Assembly (NCBI GenBank): GCA_965222605.1
Contig: OZ244960.1
Coordinates: 5,472,001 to 5,536,000, forward strand
Reading direction: 5' to 3'
Length of the DNA stretch: 64,000 bases
DNA from: Candidatus Latescibacterota bacterium
Lineage (GTDB): Bacteria; Latescibacterota; UBA2968
The notes under the pieces were generated by a model. That model saw only the letters and a list, made by a program, of their open reading frames with translations. It had not been told where the DNA came from and ran no database searches. The translations under genes and the position numbers were made by a program. This document shows positions 19,701-28,584 of the stretch, piece by piece (within the stretch, counting starts at the first letter, position 1; every line of letters starts with the position of its first letter).

Positions 19701-20719
19701 CACACTTTGCACAGGAAGGATGCCTGGGTATGTCTATTGTCTTTCTCGCAATGTCCACACTCGGCACAAGTTTGGCTGGTGTATTTCGGATCCACAGGTT
19801 CTATGTGGATACCAGCACGCTTTGCCTTGTATTCGACGAATGTGCGGAGCTGGAAGAAAGACCACCCAGACATTTTAGCACGCTGAGGCTTGCGAAACCG
19901 TTTCTGGCTCTTGCGTATGCCTTTCAAGTCTTCAAGGGCAATGGCCTTGCCAGTGTCTTTAGCCTTCTCAACGATACGTTTGGAAATGATATGGTTGGTA
20001 TTTCTACGAAACCTGCTCTCTCTGCCAGAGATAACAGAGAGTTTTCTGCGAACATTCTTGGGTCTCTTGCCTTGCTTGACAAAGGCAGACGCTTTCTGTT
20101 GGAGCGACTTTTTCAGATCGTGCATCTTCTGTCGGACATTTTCAACAGTGTCGCCAGAAAATGTTTCACCATCGTCTGTTACTGCAAGGTTTGTTGTCCC
20201 GAGATCGACGCCAATAAAGTCAGTGGTAGGTATTGGCGTGCCATCAGGAACATCTACAGAGACAAGCAAGAACCACTTGCCGTCTTTGCGGAGCACAAGG
20301 TCTGCCTGTCCTTTGGCATAGCCGAACTGCTCACGCTGATAGTTGCCCATCAACATTGGCACAAACACGCGGCCTTCAAGGGTAAGCAGAGATACCCTGT
20401 CTATGCCCTTAAAGCTATACAGTCGCTGATCGTAGGGCATAGTAGCATGGCGACGGAACGACGGCTGCACCTTTTTGTCCCGCTTGTATGCTTCAACGAC
20501 TTGAGCAATACAGCGAATAGTCATTTGTGCGGACAATCCGAATTGGCTACGCAAGTCCTTGTAGTATAGCTTTTGTAGTGCAAACTTATTCGCCAGCTTG
20601 CGCTCATAAGCCTTCGGAGCAAGCCAATTGGCAGCTTCGTTGAACCGCTCAACAGTAGCTTTTAGCTTCTCGCCTGTATTGGCGTCCGGTAACAGTTGTA
20701 TTTGAAGTGTCAGTTTCAT
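19628..20719 (-). CDS. tnpB: RNA-guided endonuclease TnpB (363 aa from ATG 20719), catalytic residues intact
   Basis: RuvC-I IGVDLG, RuvC-II IALEDL, zinc finger CAECGH...CKVCGH, RuvC-III HADRNAARNI. Confidence 0.95.
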   Translation of the reverse strand: MKLTLQIQLLPDANTGEKLKATVERFNEAANWLAPKAYERKLANKFALQKLYYKDLRSQFGLSAQMTIRCIAQVVEAYKRDKKVQPSFRRHATMPYDQRLYSFKGIDRVSLLTLEGRVFVPMLMGNYQREQFGYAKGQADLVLRKDGKWFLLVSVDVPDGTPIPTTDFIGVDLGTTNLAVTDDGETFSGDTVENVRQKMHDLKKSLQQKASAFVKQGKRPKNVRRKLSVISGRESRFRRNTNHIISKRIVEKAKDTGKAIALEDLKGIRKSQKRFRKPQRAKMSGWSFFQLRTFVEYKAKRAGIHIEPVDPKYTSQTCAECGHCEKDNRHTQASFLCKVCGHKDHADRNAARNIRARALCQQA

Positions 20720-20726
20720 ATTGAGA

Positions 20727-20755
20727 AATATACTCAGTATATTTTCGGTCATCAA
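20727..20755 (-). promoter_or_regulatory. tnpB promoter, probably giving a leaderless mRNA
   Basis: TTGATG-17 nt-TATATT-7 nt-ATG, no Shine-Dalgarno. Confidence 0.6.
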
Positions 20756-20844
20756 GGTGGTTTTCCAGCCTTGTTATACGCTAAAGCTATAACGGGAGAG
20801 CCACTTACACTCCCACAGCTAAAGGCTGTAGGCTTCACGGGCTG

Positions 20845-21684
20845 TTAGGTGAATTTTTGCAGTCGGTTGGGTTGGTAGGGCACTTCGGTGACGTAAATAT
20901 CACCGCGACTATCAACACAGATGCCGTGCGCAGGATCGATAAACTGCCCGGGATCTGAGCCTTCCTCACCCCATCGTGCCAGCAGAGCACCTTCCAGGTC
21001 AAAAATGCTGACGCGATGGGGCGCTTCGGCAATATAGACAATATGATCTGCATCGATGTGAATATTATTCGGAGATTGGACATCGGTCCACTCCTCCAGA
21101 AAGTTCCCATCAAAATCGAAAAGCTGAATGCGGTGGTTTGTCCGGTCGCTTACAAGCACACGGTCGCGTGGGTCAATGCATAAATCGTGTGGCAGGGCAA
21201 ACTGGCCGGGTCCTGTGCCTTCCTCGCCCCAGGAAAGAATCCGTTCGCCTTTCGCTGAAAAACGATGCACCCGGTGCTGGCCGTATCCGTCCGAAACAAA
21301 AATCTCACCTGAGGGAGCGGCCATTGCCTTGGTTGGCCTGTTGAACGGCTCGCCCGGTGAACCTGTCTGGCCTGGCATACCCAGGGTCTGAAGCACTTCT
21401 CCATCTGTGCTGAAGATACGCACAGTATGATCGTCAACATCCGCACAATAAATCCGATCCGCCGGGTCGATCCAGATATTATGCGGATTTAAGAGCACAT
21501 CATCACCCCATGCACCGAGAAAGCGACCTTCCGAATCGTAAACCAGAATACCCGCAGGCTCTCGCCGGGTGACATAAACGCGATCCTGCGAGTCAACTGC
21601 CACATCGGGCACGACTCCCCCCATCTCTTTCCCTTCAGGACCTCGCCCCCACCCTTCAACAACGCGGTATTGATAAGTTGCCAT
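20845..21684 (-). CDS. NHL-repeat beta-propeller (peptidyl-alpha-hydroxyglycine lyase-like)
   Basis: VAVDSQDRVYV, FNRPT, IFVSDGYGQHRVHRF, GQFALPHDL, HGICVDSRGDIYVTE. The stop codon is supplied by the IS left end. Confidence 0.9.
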   Translation of the reverse strand: MATYQYRVVEGWGRGPEGKEMGGVVPDVAVDSQDRVYVTRREPAGILVYDSEGRFLGAWGDDVLLNPHNIWIDPADRIYCADVDDHTVRIFSTDGEVLQTLGMPGQTGSPGEPFNRPTKAMAAPSGEIFVSDGYGQHRVHRFSAKGERILSWGEEGTGPGQFALPHDLCIDPRDRVLVSDRTNHRIQLFDFDGNFLEEWTDVQSPNNIHIDADHIVYIAEAPHRVSIFDLEGALLARWGEEGSDPGQFIDPAHGICVDSRGDIYVTEVPYQPNRLQKFT

Positions 21685-21710
21685 CGTGCACTCCTTTCAG
21701 ATATGCCTGA

Positions 21711-22538
21711 CTACCTGTCCAGTCTAACCCAATCGGGCCAAACTCTGGCAAAAAATGCTCGCTGGATGCCTCGTACGCTCTCCCCGCCGTCAACAACAAG
21801 ATTGGAGCCTACACTGAAGTTGCCTGCTTGCGAAGCGAGAAAGATGGCCATGCCTGCGATGTTTTCCTTCTCCCCAACCCGCTTGCCCGGAATGTTTTTC
21901 TTCATCTCGTCTGTGTGATCCCGAGCCACCTTATTCAAATCGCTGGGAAAATCACCAGGGGAGATGGTATTGACTTGAATCCCTTCCCAGGCCAAACTAT
22001 CACCTAAGTGTCGGCCTAAATGGATCACACCTGCTTTGCTGGCTCCGTAGGCATAATTGTAAGCTGTGTTGAGTTTACCACAGCCGTCGATAGACGCGAT
22101 ATTGATCACATTGCCTGGTGTTTCTGGAGAAGCCCCCACGCGCAGGAATGGCAGAAACGCCTGGGTCATAAAAAAGATGCTTTTGAGATTGAGATCCATC
22201 ACCGCGTCCCATGTTTCCTCCGTCACATCCTCGATCTCCCTGCGACCATCACTGATTCCGGCGTTGTTGATCAAAATATCGAGCGACTTTTCTCGTTCAC
22301 CGTAGGCCTTTGCCAGCGCCTTGATTCCCGAGACTGAACTTACATCGGCTGCGATATACTCGCAGGAGCCGATTTGTGCCAGCTCCTCCTGTTTCTTTTT
22401 CAAGACCTCTTCTCTGCGCGCGACAATGTAAACCTTCGCCCCAAAATTGACAAAGCCTTCGGCTATCATCGCCCCGATGCCAGTCGAACCACCAGTCACC
22501 AGTGCGGTTTTTCCCTCCAGTGAAAATAGATCTCTCAT
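21711..22538 (-). CDS. Short-chain dehydrogenase/reductase
   Basis: TGGSTGIG, INNAG, NIASIDG, YGASK. Confidence 0.93.
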   Translation of the reverse strand: MRDLFSLEGKTALVTGGSTGIGAMIAEGFVNFGAKVYIVARREEVLKKKQEELAQIGSCEYIAADVSSVSGIKALAKAYGEREKSLDILINNAGISDGRREIEDVTEETWDAVMDLNLKSIFFMTQAFLPFLRVGASPETPGNVINIASIDGCGKLNTAYNYAYGASKAGVIHLGRHLGDSLAWEGIQVNTISPGDFPSDLNKVARDHTDEMKKNIPGKRVGEKENIAGMAIFLASQAGNFSVGSNLVVDGGESVRGIQRAFFARVWPDWVRLDR

Positions 22539-22595
22539 TTTCGATTCTCCGTGAGGATAATGATTATGTTGGGTCTTTTCATTCTTAATTTGCTC

Positions 22596-23966
22596 CTAAT
22601 TCTGTTGCGCAGGTCTGTTTCTATTTCTCCGAGGTCTTCTAATCCTTGGCGCCATCTGGCTTCTCCAGGCCTTGAATTTTTTTTCTAACCGCTGAACAAT
22701 TTCCGGTTGTTGGTTTGCCAGATCATTTTTTTCACCTATATCTGCATCCAGATCGTACAATTCCAGCTTCTTAGACCTGCTAAATGTAAGCTTCCATTTC
22801 CCTTCTCGAATCGCCCAGGTTCCTGAATCGCCATCCCAATACAACGCATCGTGCAATGCCCCTTCTGTTTTACCTTGCAAGACTGGCAACATATTTTTGC
22901 CATCGTAGATACGGTCTTCGGGCAATGGAATGCCAACAGCTGCACAGACAGTCGGCAAAACATCCATACAAATAACCGGTTCATCACACACACTACCTGC
23001 TTCCAAATGCCCTGGCCAGGATACAAGAAACGGCACACGTAGCCCCCCCTCATAGACACTCTGCTTGTAATCGCGCAGGGGCATATTGTTTGCATTTGTG
23101 GCCCTTGCACCACCATTATCTGAAAAATAAAAGATGAGTGTATTTTCCCACACGCCATTGGTCTTGAGCGCTGCCACCACATCGCCAACAGCGATATCCA
23201 TTCTTTTGAGCATGCCCATCAAAATATCGCGTTTGGAATCTCCTGTATTAAATTGTTTGATATCCTCTTCGGGAGCTTGCAACGGCGCATGCACAGCATT
23301 AAAAGGAAGATAAAGAAAGAATGGGTCGTTTTTGTTTCGTTCAATGAAGCCAACAGCCTCTCGAGCCAGATTATCGGTCAAGTACCCGGTATCATTGATA
23401 ATCTCTTTATTTCGATATATCGCATTATGGGCGTTGTCCTCTTTATAATTCAAATCAAAATAGTCGTGCCCCCCATGCCCTAAAAATCCGTAAAATTCAT
23501 CAAATCCACGGTTGTTCGGATGATATTCAGGCTTCAAACCCAAATGCCATTTTCCAAATATACCCGTCCTGTACCCCGCTTTTTTGAGTAGATCTGCAAG
23601 TGTAATTTCATCAACCGGCATACCGGCGCGTGAGTCACTGGCCGTATAAAAACCAAAGCGCTGTTGGTATCGACCGGTCATCAAACCTGCCCTGGTGGGC
23701 GCACATACAAAGGCACTGGCATATCCATTTGTCATTCGAATGCCCGCGTTGGCCAGTGCGTCGATATGTGGTGTATAGACTTCTGCGGGATGTTCCTGGT
23801 AACTCACATCTCCAAAGCCCTGGTCATCTGACAAAATCACCACAATGTTTGGACGTTTGGCATCTTCGGCCCATACAAATGGGTTTGCTATCATTCCAGA
23901 TACTCCTATTCCCAACGCTTTTAAAGCTGCGCGTCGATCCATATAGCTTATCCTTTGATTACGCAT
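22596..23966 (-). CDS. Arylsulfatase-like formylglycine sulfatase with a Tat-like signal peptide
   Basis: DRRAALK signal, PNIVVILSDD, CAPTRAGLMTG, GKWHLG, SDNG. The start may be ATG 23942. Confidence 0.93.
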   Translation of the reverse strand: MRNQRISYMDRRAALKALGIGVSGMIANPFVWAEDAKRPNIVVILSDDQGFGDVSYQEHPAEVYTPHIDALANAGIRMTNGYASAFVCAPTRAGLMTGRYQQRFGFYTASDSRAGMPVDEITLADLLKKAGYRTGIFGKWHLGLKPEYHPNNRGFDEFYGFLGHGGHDYFDLNYKEDNAHNAIYRNKEIINDTGYLTDNLAREAVGFIERNKNDPFFLYLPFNAVHAPLQAPEEDIKQFNTGDSKRDILMGMLKRMDIAVGDVVAALKTNGVWENTLIFYFSDNGGARATNANNMPLRDYKQSVYEGGLRVPFLVSWPGHLEAGSVCDEPVICMDVLPTVCAAVGIPLPEDRIYDGKNMLPVLQGKTEGALHDALYWDGDSGTWAIREGKWKLTFSRSKKLELYDLDADIGEKNDLANQQPEIVQRLEKKFKAWRSQMAPRIRRPRRNRNRPAQQN

Positions 23967-24678
23967 CCCACCGCCACGTATTGCGACAGGCAAGCCGTGG
24001 ATAATCATTCATATTCTTGCTTCCCGCGTGTACAAAAAAGTTTTGGTAAAACAGAATGTCTCCACGCTTCGCCACCAATTCCACACCTTCGCCAATAACC
24101 ACCGTATGCATATCCGAATTCACATCCCACAGATAGGGATACTTCTCTGGATTGCTCTCTGCAATACCCCGCATCTTTTTATGTGAATCCGGCCATCCAA
24201 ACGTGCAACCCCCATGCGATTCTGTATCACTCAAATACAAAATTGAATGCACACTGATTGGAATCGGAAACGTCACATTAAACTTCTCCCGGTTGGTTCC
24301 GCCATCGAAGTGAGGTCTCTGGTGGCTCCATTCACCTTCCGTCGGAAACGTGTTCTGCGTCAGAATTTCCTTTGGCGCGTAGATCTCCTCGCGACCCACA
24401 CCCGTCAATTCAGAAAGTGCGGTCAAAATATCATCCGTATAACACACTAAGATATCCGGCGAGCCCATTCTTCGATTTTCCGGCAATGCGCGATGCCGTT
24501 GATTAATCGCATGCGCTGACACACGGTCCCAGGTTTCAGGATCGTCACGGTCCATTTCTAAAGCCGCCCACATCGCGTCTTCACCCTTGCGAGCTACATC
24601 CTCAGGAATCAAACCCGACGCCAGCAAATACCCTTCTTCGCGAAACTGCTTCTTCTGCTCATCTGTGATTAAGCCCAT
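23959..24678 (-). CDS. PhyH-family dioxygenase
   Basis: FREEGYL, PHFD, GGCTFGWPDSH, GDILFY..FVHAGSKN. Confidence 0.85.
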   Translation of the reverse strand: MGLITDEQKKQFREEGYLLASGLIPEDVARKGEDAMWAALEMDRDDPETWDRVSAHAINQRHRALPENRRMGSPDILVCYTDDILTALSELTGVGREEIYAPKEILTQNTFPTEGEWSHQRPHFDGGTNREKFNVTFPIPISVHSILYLSDTESHGGCTFGWPDSHKKMRGIAESNPEKYPYLWDVNSDMHTVVIGEGVELVAKRGDILFYQNFFVHAGSKNMNDYPRLACRNTWRWDA

Positions 24679-24770
24679 AGATCACTCCCAGGAATTAAGA
24701 CCAACCAATTTTCTGCCCACTTCATCGCCTGGTGCTCTGAGGCCGGAACGGGAACCGCATAACTAAAGCC

Positions 24771-25931
24771 CTACTCATAGACCATCTCCCCGGTCTTGTG
24801 GCCCTCGATCCAGTCCTGGTCGAACTCCACCCCCAGCCCCGGCCCCTCCGGCACTTCGACGCAGCCGTTCTCATCCACTGAATCCAACTCGTCGAGCCAG
24901 CGTCTTTCTGCGTAGACCGCCGGCTTGGTATCGCTGACCAGAGGATGCACCAAACCCAATTCGTAGTAATTGGCATTGCGCAAGGTCGCCATGATGTGGC
25001 GGTGCACCAGACTGCCGCCGTGCAACTCCACGTCCAGCCCGTGTGCCTCGGCCATAGCAGCGATCTTCATTACCCCGGTGATGCCGCCGTCGGTCTGGGC
25101 GTTGGCGCGCACGAAGTCGGTGGCACCGGCGGTAATCGTATCGGCCTTGGCCTCCAGCCCGCGCACGTGTTCGCCCATCAGCATCGGCGTATTGATCAAC
25201 TCGCGCAACTTGGCGTGGGCAAAGCGCGAAAACCCGCCGCCCCTGAACGGATCTTCATACCACATATAGCGCGCCTCGTCACAGGCGCGACCCACCTTGA
25301 GCACATCCTCGAATGTGGGAAAACACCCGGCCGGATCGAGCAACAGATCCATATCGTCGCCCACCGCTTCGCGGATGGCTAATACCGCCGCTACCTCGCG
25401 GTCGATCGGCCCGTTGATCCAACCGTGGATCTTAAAGGCCGGATAGCCGTATTGCTCCTTGCAGCGCAGCGCGAATTGCGCAAAGTCGTCCGGCGTCGTC
25501 AAACCGCCGTTTTCGTCGCCGTGGTAGGTCGAAGCGTAGGCCGGCAACTTCTTGCGCCAACCCCCGCCCAAAAGTTCATAGATCGGCGCGTCGTAGAGTT
25601 TGCCGGCGAAATCCCACAGCGCGATGTCCACCGCGCCCGGCGGCGTGCCGTCCTGCCCGCGGCGCGAGCGTTTGAGGTCGTGCCAGATGATCTCGCGGTC
25701 CAGTGGGTTGCGGCCGAGCAAGTACTGCGCCGGGCGGGAATCGATGCCACCGGACGCAATGCCGCTGATGCCGACGCTGGTCTCGATGGTCAGCAAGCCG
25801 CCGCCCAGAGTCAGGCGGCCGCCCTTGCGGAAGACCGTGTCGAAGCCCAATTGTTCCTCCAACTCCATATCGGCGATCTCATAGGCGAAACTCGTCGAGG
25901 TAATGCGGGTGATCTTGATATCTCGCGCCAT
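24771..25931 (-). CDS. Mandelate racemase/muconate lactonizing enzyme family (enolase superfamily)
   Basis: IKITRI, AVDIALWDFAGK..PIYELLGG, FKIH, LLLDP, WYEDP, GEH, PEGPGLGVE. Confidence 0.92.
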   Translation of the reverse strand: MARDIKITRITSTSFAYEIADMELEEQLGFDTVFRKGGRLTLGGGLLTIETSVGISGIASGGIDSRPAQYLLGRNPLDREIIWHDLKRSRRGQDGTPPGAVDIALWDFAGKLYDAPIYELLGGGWRKKLPAYASTYHGDENGGLTTPDDFAQFALRCKEQYGYPAFKIHGWINGPIDREVAAVLAIREAVGDDMDLLLDPAGCFPTFEDVLKVGRACDEARYMWYEDPFRGGGFSRFAHAKLRELINTPMLMGEHVRGLEAKADTITAGATDFVRANAQTDGGITGVMKIAAMAEAHGLDVELHGGSLVHRHIMATLRNANYYELGLVHPLVSDTKPAVYAERRWLDELDSVDENGCVEVPEGPGLGVEFDQDWIEGHKTGEMVYE

Positions 25932-25960
25932 GGTGCTCTCTCCTTCGCTGTGTGTTCGGC

Positions 25961-26191
25961 TTAAACTTCCGCAATTGCGTGATTATTCATGTGTACCTCA
26001 TACGGCCGAACGGACCGAATAAACCGCCTCGAGCGAACCGACGTTCGGGCGGCGGTTCTCATCGCTTTGCCGGATGAATTGAGGTCGTTTCGGGTCATGC
26101 ACAGTACTTTTTCTATGCTCTCGGGTTCACCCCACTGCAAATCGGCAAATGCACTGAACTGAATCGACCCAACTCTTACGAATCGTGCCAT
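25961..26191 (-). pseudogene. Chimeric stub: carbon-nitrogen hydrolase-like N-terminus fused to unrelated sequence
   Basis: AAGGAG RBS then MARFVRVGSIQF... It lacks the PE catalytic motif and is 76 aa. It is less GC-rich than both neighbours. Confidence 0.5.
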
Positions 26192-26237
26192 GCCTCTCTC
26201 CTTTTCAATCACAATGCTAATCGTGCCGGACAGTCCA

Positions 26238-27527
26238 TTAGAGCGCGGCGTTGCCCACCTCCGTCCGCAAGCTGTGCCGGCCCTCCATATGCGCGTGCCA
26301 GTCCATGCCGATCTCCGGTCGCGGCCGGGTCGGTCCGGGTAGCGCATTCGCCTGCTTCGCCACGATCGCCGGCACGCCCACGTCGCTCAGCAACTGCGCC
26401 AGATACTCCATCCGCACCAGCGTCTCGCTCTGATACAGGCTCATGCCGTCGACCCCCGCCGCGTACTGCCGCGCCGCCAGCGCATAGGCCGGTTGCGGCG
26501 CGTAAAAACCCGTATTCTTCTCTACCCGGCTCTCGATCAGCCCCTTGGATCCCACACCGCCAATGCACAGTTTGCCGTGTCGGTGCGCCACCGCTGCGTG
26601 ATAGCCGACGTGCAGGTCCAGATCCTCGCGGGTCAGAGGAAAGGGACTCAACATCAATCCGTCGACCAGGTCCTCCTTGCACCAGCGCTCGCTGTCCAGC
26701 CCATAGGCCAGCATCAGCCAGCGCGCGTTGTCGGGCACCCGGGCGATGATCGGGCAGCGCCGACCCAATTTGCCCTCCTGGACGCGCACCGCCCGCCGCA
26801 GTTCGGTCATAAATCCGGTCAGCACGTCGGCCCGGTACTGGAACCACGTCCGGTACTGCTCGAAGTCGTCCGAGTCGATTTCGCGCGGATCCATCCCCGT
26901 CTCCGCCATAAACGGCTCGACCAGCGTCGGATGGTATAGCAGCATCGGCATCTGCCGGCAGAAGTCGAGCACCAGCCCGTCGACGCCGATCCTCTGGCAC
27001 TCGAGCAAAATCTCGATCCGCTCGCGCCGCACTTCCGCCAGCGCGTAGCACAGCCGGCTGGCGTCCTCGTTGCCCGGCTTGGTCACCTCCCTGAGCGCTG
27101 GATTGTCCAGTGCGAACCTGGACGTGACCCCTATCCAGTCCATCTGGCCGTAGTGGCGATTCATCCCCAGGCGGCCCCATAGTCGCGTCCCACGATCGCG
27201 GCACAGCGCCAGCGCGTGCCGCAGCGGACACACCTCGTCCATCACTTTGCGAACGAAGCTCCAGGAGATGCCTCCAACCTGGTCGCCATTTTCGCACATC
27301 CACGTGATATGAGGCAACTCGGACCAGTAGTCCACCACCGAACGCCCCAGGTTCCAAACCAGATGGTCGCAGCCCGCTTGCAGGTGCAGGTCGACGCACT
27401 CGTCCAGTGCTTTAGGTCCCGGGCACGGCTTGTCGTAGTTGGCGTAGTAGCACATCCACTCCGAGATGCCGAACACCGGTTTTTCGTTGCCGCTTGCCTC
27501 GCGCAATTCGAGTTGCTCTTGCGCCAT
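26238..27527 (-). CDS. Glycosyl hydrolase-like (GHL10/DUF187) TIM-barrel protein
   Basis: LCYALAEVRRERIEILLE..GVDGLVLDFCR, WCKEDLVDGL and GVDGMSLY resemble GHL10-type proteins. Confidence 0.65.
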   Translation of the reverse strand: MAQEQLELREASGNEKPVFGISEWMCYYANYDKPCPGPKALDECVDLHLQAGCDHLVWNLGRSVVDYWSELPHITWMCENGDQVGGISWSFVRKVMDEVCPLRHALALCRDRGTRLWGRLGMNRHYGQMDWIGVTSRFALDNPALREVTKPGNEDASRLCYALAEVRRERIEILLECQRIGVDGLVLDFCRQMPMLLYHPTLVEPFMAETGMDPREIDSDDFEQYRTWFQYRADVLTGFMTELRRAVRVQEGKLGRRCPIIARVPDNARWLMLAYGLDSERWCKEDLVDGLMLSPFPLTREDLDLHVGYHAAVAHRHGKLCIGGVGSKGLIESRVEKNTGFYAPQPAYALAARQYAAGVDGMSLYQSETLVRMEYLAQLLSDVGVPAIVAKQANALPGPTRPRPEIGMDWHAHMEGRHSLRTEVGNAAL

Positions 27528-27592
27528 CTAAGGTGACCTCCTGATCGGGTGTATTTATTGAAAGCCGCATGGGCCCATAAATCCAAGCGACC

Positions 27593-27621
27593 TGTACGCC
27601 GAGCCTTTGGGTCGGCGTACA
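27593..27621. repeat. Perfect 10-bp stem hairpin directly after a stop codon (REP-like or terminator-like)
   Basis: TGTACGCCGA-GCCTTTGGG-TCGGCGTACA, no U-tract. Confidence 0.6.
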
Positions 27622-28557
27622 TTAAGCGGGCCATCGCGCGGTGCCGATAGCGTAATACTTGTGTACGAAAGGTGGTTTGGTGCGCGAAGCGTACCACAGG
27701 CGCAGGGAGCCGTCGGCCAGGCGCAAGAGCGAATGGCTGGTGGTAAAGTGCGATTCCCAGGGCCGCGAAGGGGCGGGGCCGAAGATCGGATTGTGAGGGC
27801 TTTTAGTCCAGTTGAGGCCGTCTTCGCTGACGGCAAATCCGATGGAGGTTTTCATGACCTCGGGCGGATAGCTGCTATAGCTGCCGTACCACATCAGATA
27901 ATAACCGTCCTCTTTGAGAACGGTAGGATAGACCAGGCGCTGGAACTCCCATTCCTGGTCCAATTCCAACACAGGCTGGGGATGGATTTGCCACCCAAAG
28001 CCATCGTCGCTGTGGGCGGCGCGTATGGTCCAGGGATCGGCGCTCACATCGGTGTACCACAGGTGGTAGCGGTCGTCTTCCCAAAACAGGGTGGGGGCGT
28101 AGGCATTTTCTAATAGGGGCTGGGAGGGCGCCTCCCAGCGAAGGCCGTCGTCGCTGGTCATGGCGTGCAGGGTGTGGCGTGTGTCGCCAGAGGGAAAATC
28201 GGTCGAGGAAAAAAACATACGCAGCTTGCCCGCCTCGCGCCGCAGGGAGCCGTCTGGGTGGCGTACCAGGGTGGGGGTGAGGATGGAGTGGTCGGCCACC
28301 AGGGTGCAAACCGGGGAGGCGGGGTGTCGCGTAAAATGCAGGCCGTCGTCGCTGATGGCCAGCCCCAGAGCAAAAACCCGCAGATCCACTTCGCCTCGCG
28401 AGCCGCTGTACCACATGTAATAGCGCTCGTTTTCCAAAGCGACACAGGGAGCAAAAAGGTGGGTGTCGTCAAATTGACCGGCAGCGCCCAGAGACAGACA
28501 GGGTGCATCGACGTCTCGTTCCCAGGGTTGTGGATCCAGCCATTGGTTTTTGTCCAT
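27622..28557 (-). CDS. Five-bladed beta-propeller glycoside hydrolase-like protein (GH43/32/130-like)
   Basis: Repeated blades: APCV..YYMWYSG..GLAISDDGLHF, YAPTL..YHLWYT..AHSDDGFGW, YPTVLK..YLMWYG..IGFAVSEDGLNW. Confidence 0.75.
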   Translation of the reverse strand: MDKNQWLDPQPWERDVDAPCLSLGAAGQFDDTHLFAPCVALENERYYMWYSGSRGEVDLRVFALGLAISDDGLHFTRHPASPVCTLVADHSILTPTLVRHPDGSLRREAGKLRMFFSSTDFPSGDTRHTLHAMTSDDGLRWEAPSQPLLENAYAPTLFWEDDRYHLWYTDVSADPWTIRAAHSDDGFGWQIHPQPVLELDQEWEFQRLVYPTVLKEDGYYLMWYGSYSSYPPEVMKTSIGFAVSEDGLNWTKSPHNPIFGPAPSRPWESHFTTSHSLLRLADGSLRLWYASRTKPPFVHKYYAIGTARWPA

Positions 28558-28584
28558 GATCTATTTTCTCCATATATGAACCAT

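Larger units (their letters stand above)
19566..20848 (-). mobile_element. IS200/IS605-family tnpB-only (IS1341-like) element, 1283 bp
   Basis: Left end follows TCAC: CTAACAGCCCGT-GAAG-CCTACAGC TTTA-type hairpin. Right end: CAAG-CCCAAC..GTTGGG-TAGTTGAC. Joining the flanks restores ...AAA TTC ACA CGA ATT TGA (KFTRI*) for the NHL gene. No target duplication and no tnpA. Confidence 0.85.

Noticed and set aside
19613-20569. 318-aa plus-strand ORF (and 47761-48204 on the minus strand)
   Set aside because: Antisense shadows of tnpB with no recognisable motifs.
19628-20719. Cas12f/type V CRISPR effector or nuclease-dead TldR
   Set aside because: No CRISPR array, IS ends are present, and all RuvC catalytic residues are intact.
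26209-27399. 396-aa alternative-frame ORF
   Set aside because: Arg/Gly/Ala-rich off-frame product of GC-rich DNA overlapping the GHL10-like gene.
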